Below, piece by piece: positions 63,686 through 64,000 of a stretch of 64,000 nucleotides of DNA. The notes below the pieces were generated by a model, which saw only the letters and a program-made list of their open reading frames with translations, was not told the DNA's origin and searched no databases. The DNA is taken from the NCBI GenBank assembly GCA_002633005.1, contig NMRA01000083.1, positions 959,161-1,023,160 on the forward strand, given 5' to 3'. Within the stretch, counting starts at the first letter, position 1. The number at the start of each line of letters is the position of its first letter. The position numbers and the translations under genes were made by a program. This DNA comes from Phoronis australis. Its lineage: Eukaryota; Animalia; Phoronida.

Positions 63686-64000
63686 CTACAATAGAGTGAA
63701 CAGACTACATTGACATCATACGGAAATGCGCATTATTTCAAGTACAGTGGAAATTCGTTGAATGGTTGCCAGTTTGCAACCCAGAAAGTTTGACTTCACG
63801 GAAGAGCAAGTTTTCCTATGAAAGCTTTTCCACAATTTTAGACACTAAAAACTTTTCTTAGATGAGCAAATTTTCAAATGATGGACAAAACTCCAAATTT
63901 TTAAGAAAATGATTTGGCTTTGCAAAGTCTGGCAAGAATTTATGAAAAATGCTAACTTGATACAAAACTGTAGAAGTTTAGTCCACCTTTGTTCAGATGG

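Overview
This is AT-rich, intron- and transposon-rich animal DNA, most likely from an invertebrate; the species cannot be read from the sequence. It has one 300-N gap (4033-4332) and two single-N contig joins (38849, 61577). I reconstructed three spliced genes by hand from GT/AG sites and reading-frame phase. (1) A + strand gene enters the window already in progress (exons 1-30352, 993 aa in the window). It encodes an extracellular mosaic protein: 4 EAR/EPTP-like repeats, 3 F5/8 type C (discoidin) domains, a LamG-like domain, then 3 EAR-like repeats. This looks like a seven-blade propeller split by a cassette of phase-1/phase-1 lectin-like modules. (2) A + strand gene (32617-47073) encodes a 145-aa smoothelin-type calponin-homology protein. 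(3) The 3' half of the ERAD E3 ligase MARCH6 lies on the - strand (63685-52118), with a 1.85-kb duplicate around a single N that is probably an assembly artefact. Introns and intergenic DNA hold hAT, Academ-like and Sola3-like transposon relics, a truncated LINE, a Penelope-like element with hammerhead ribozyme motifs, two tRNA-derived SINE copies, many MITEs and several minisatellites. All family assignments come from motif recognition; no database search was run.
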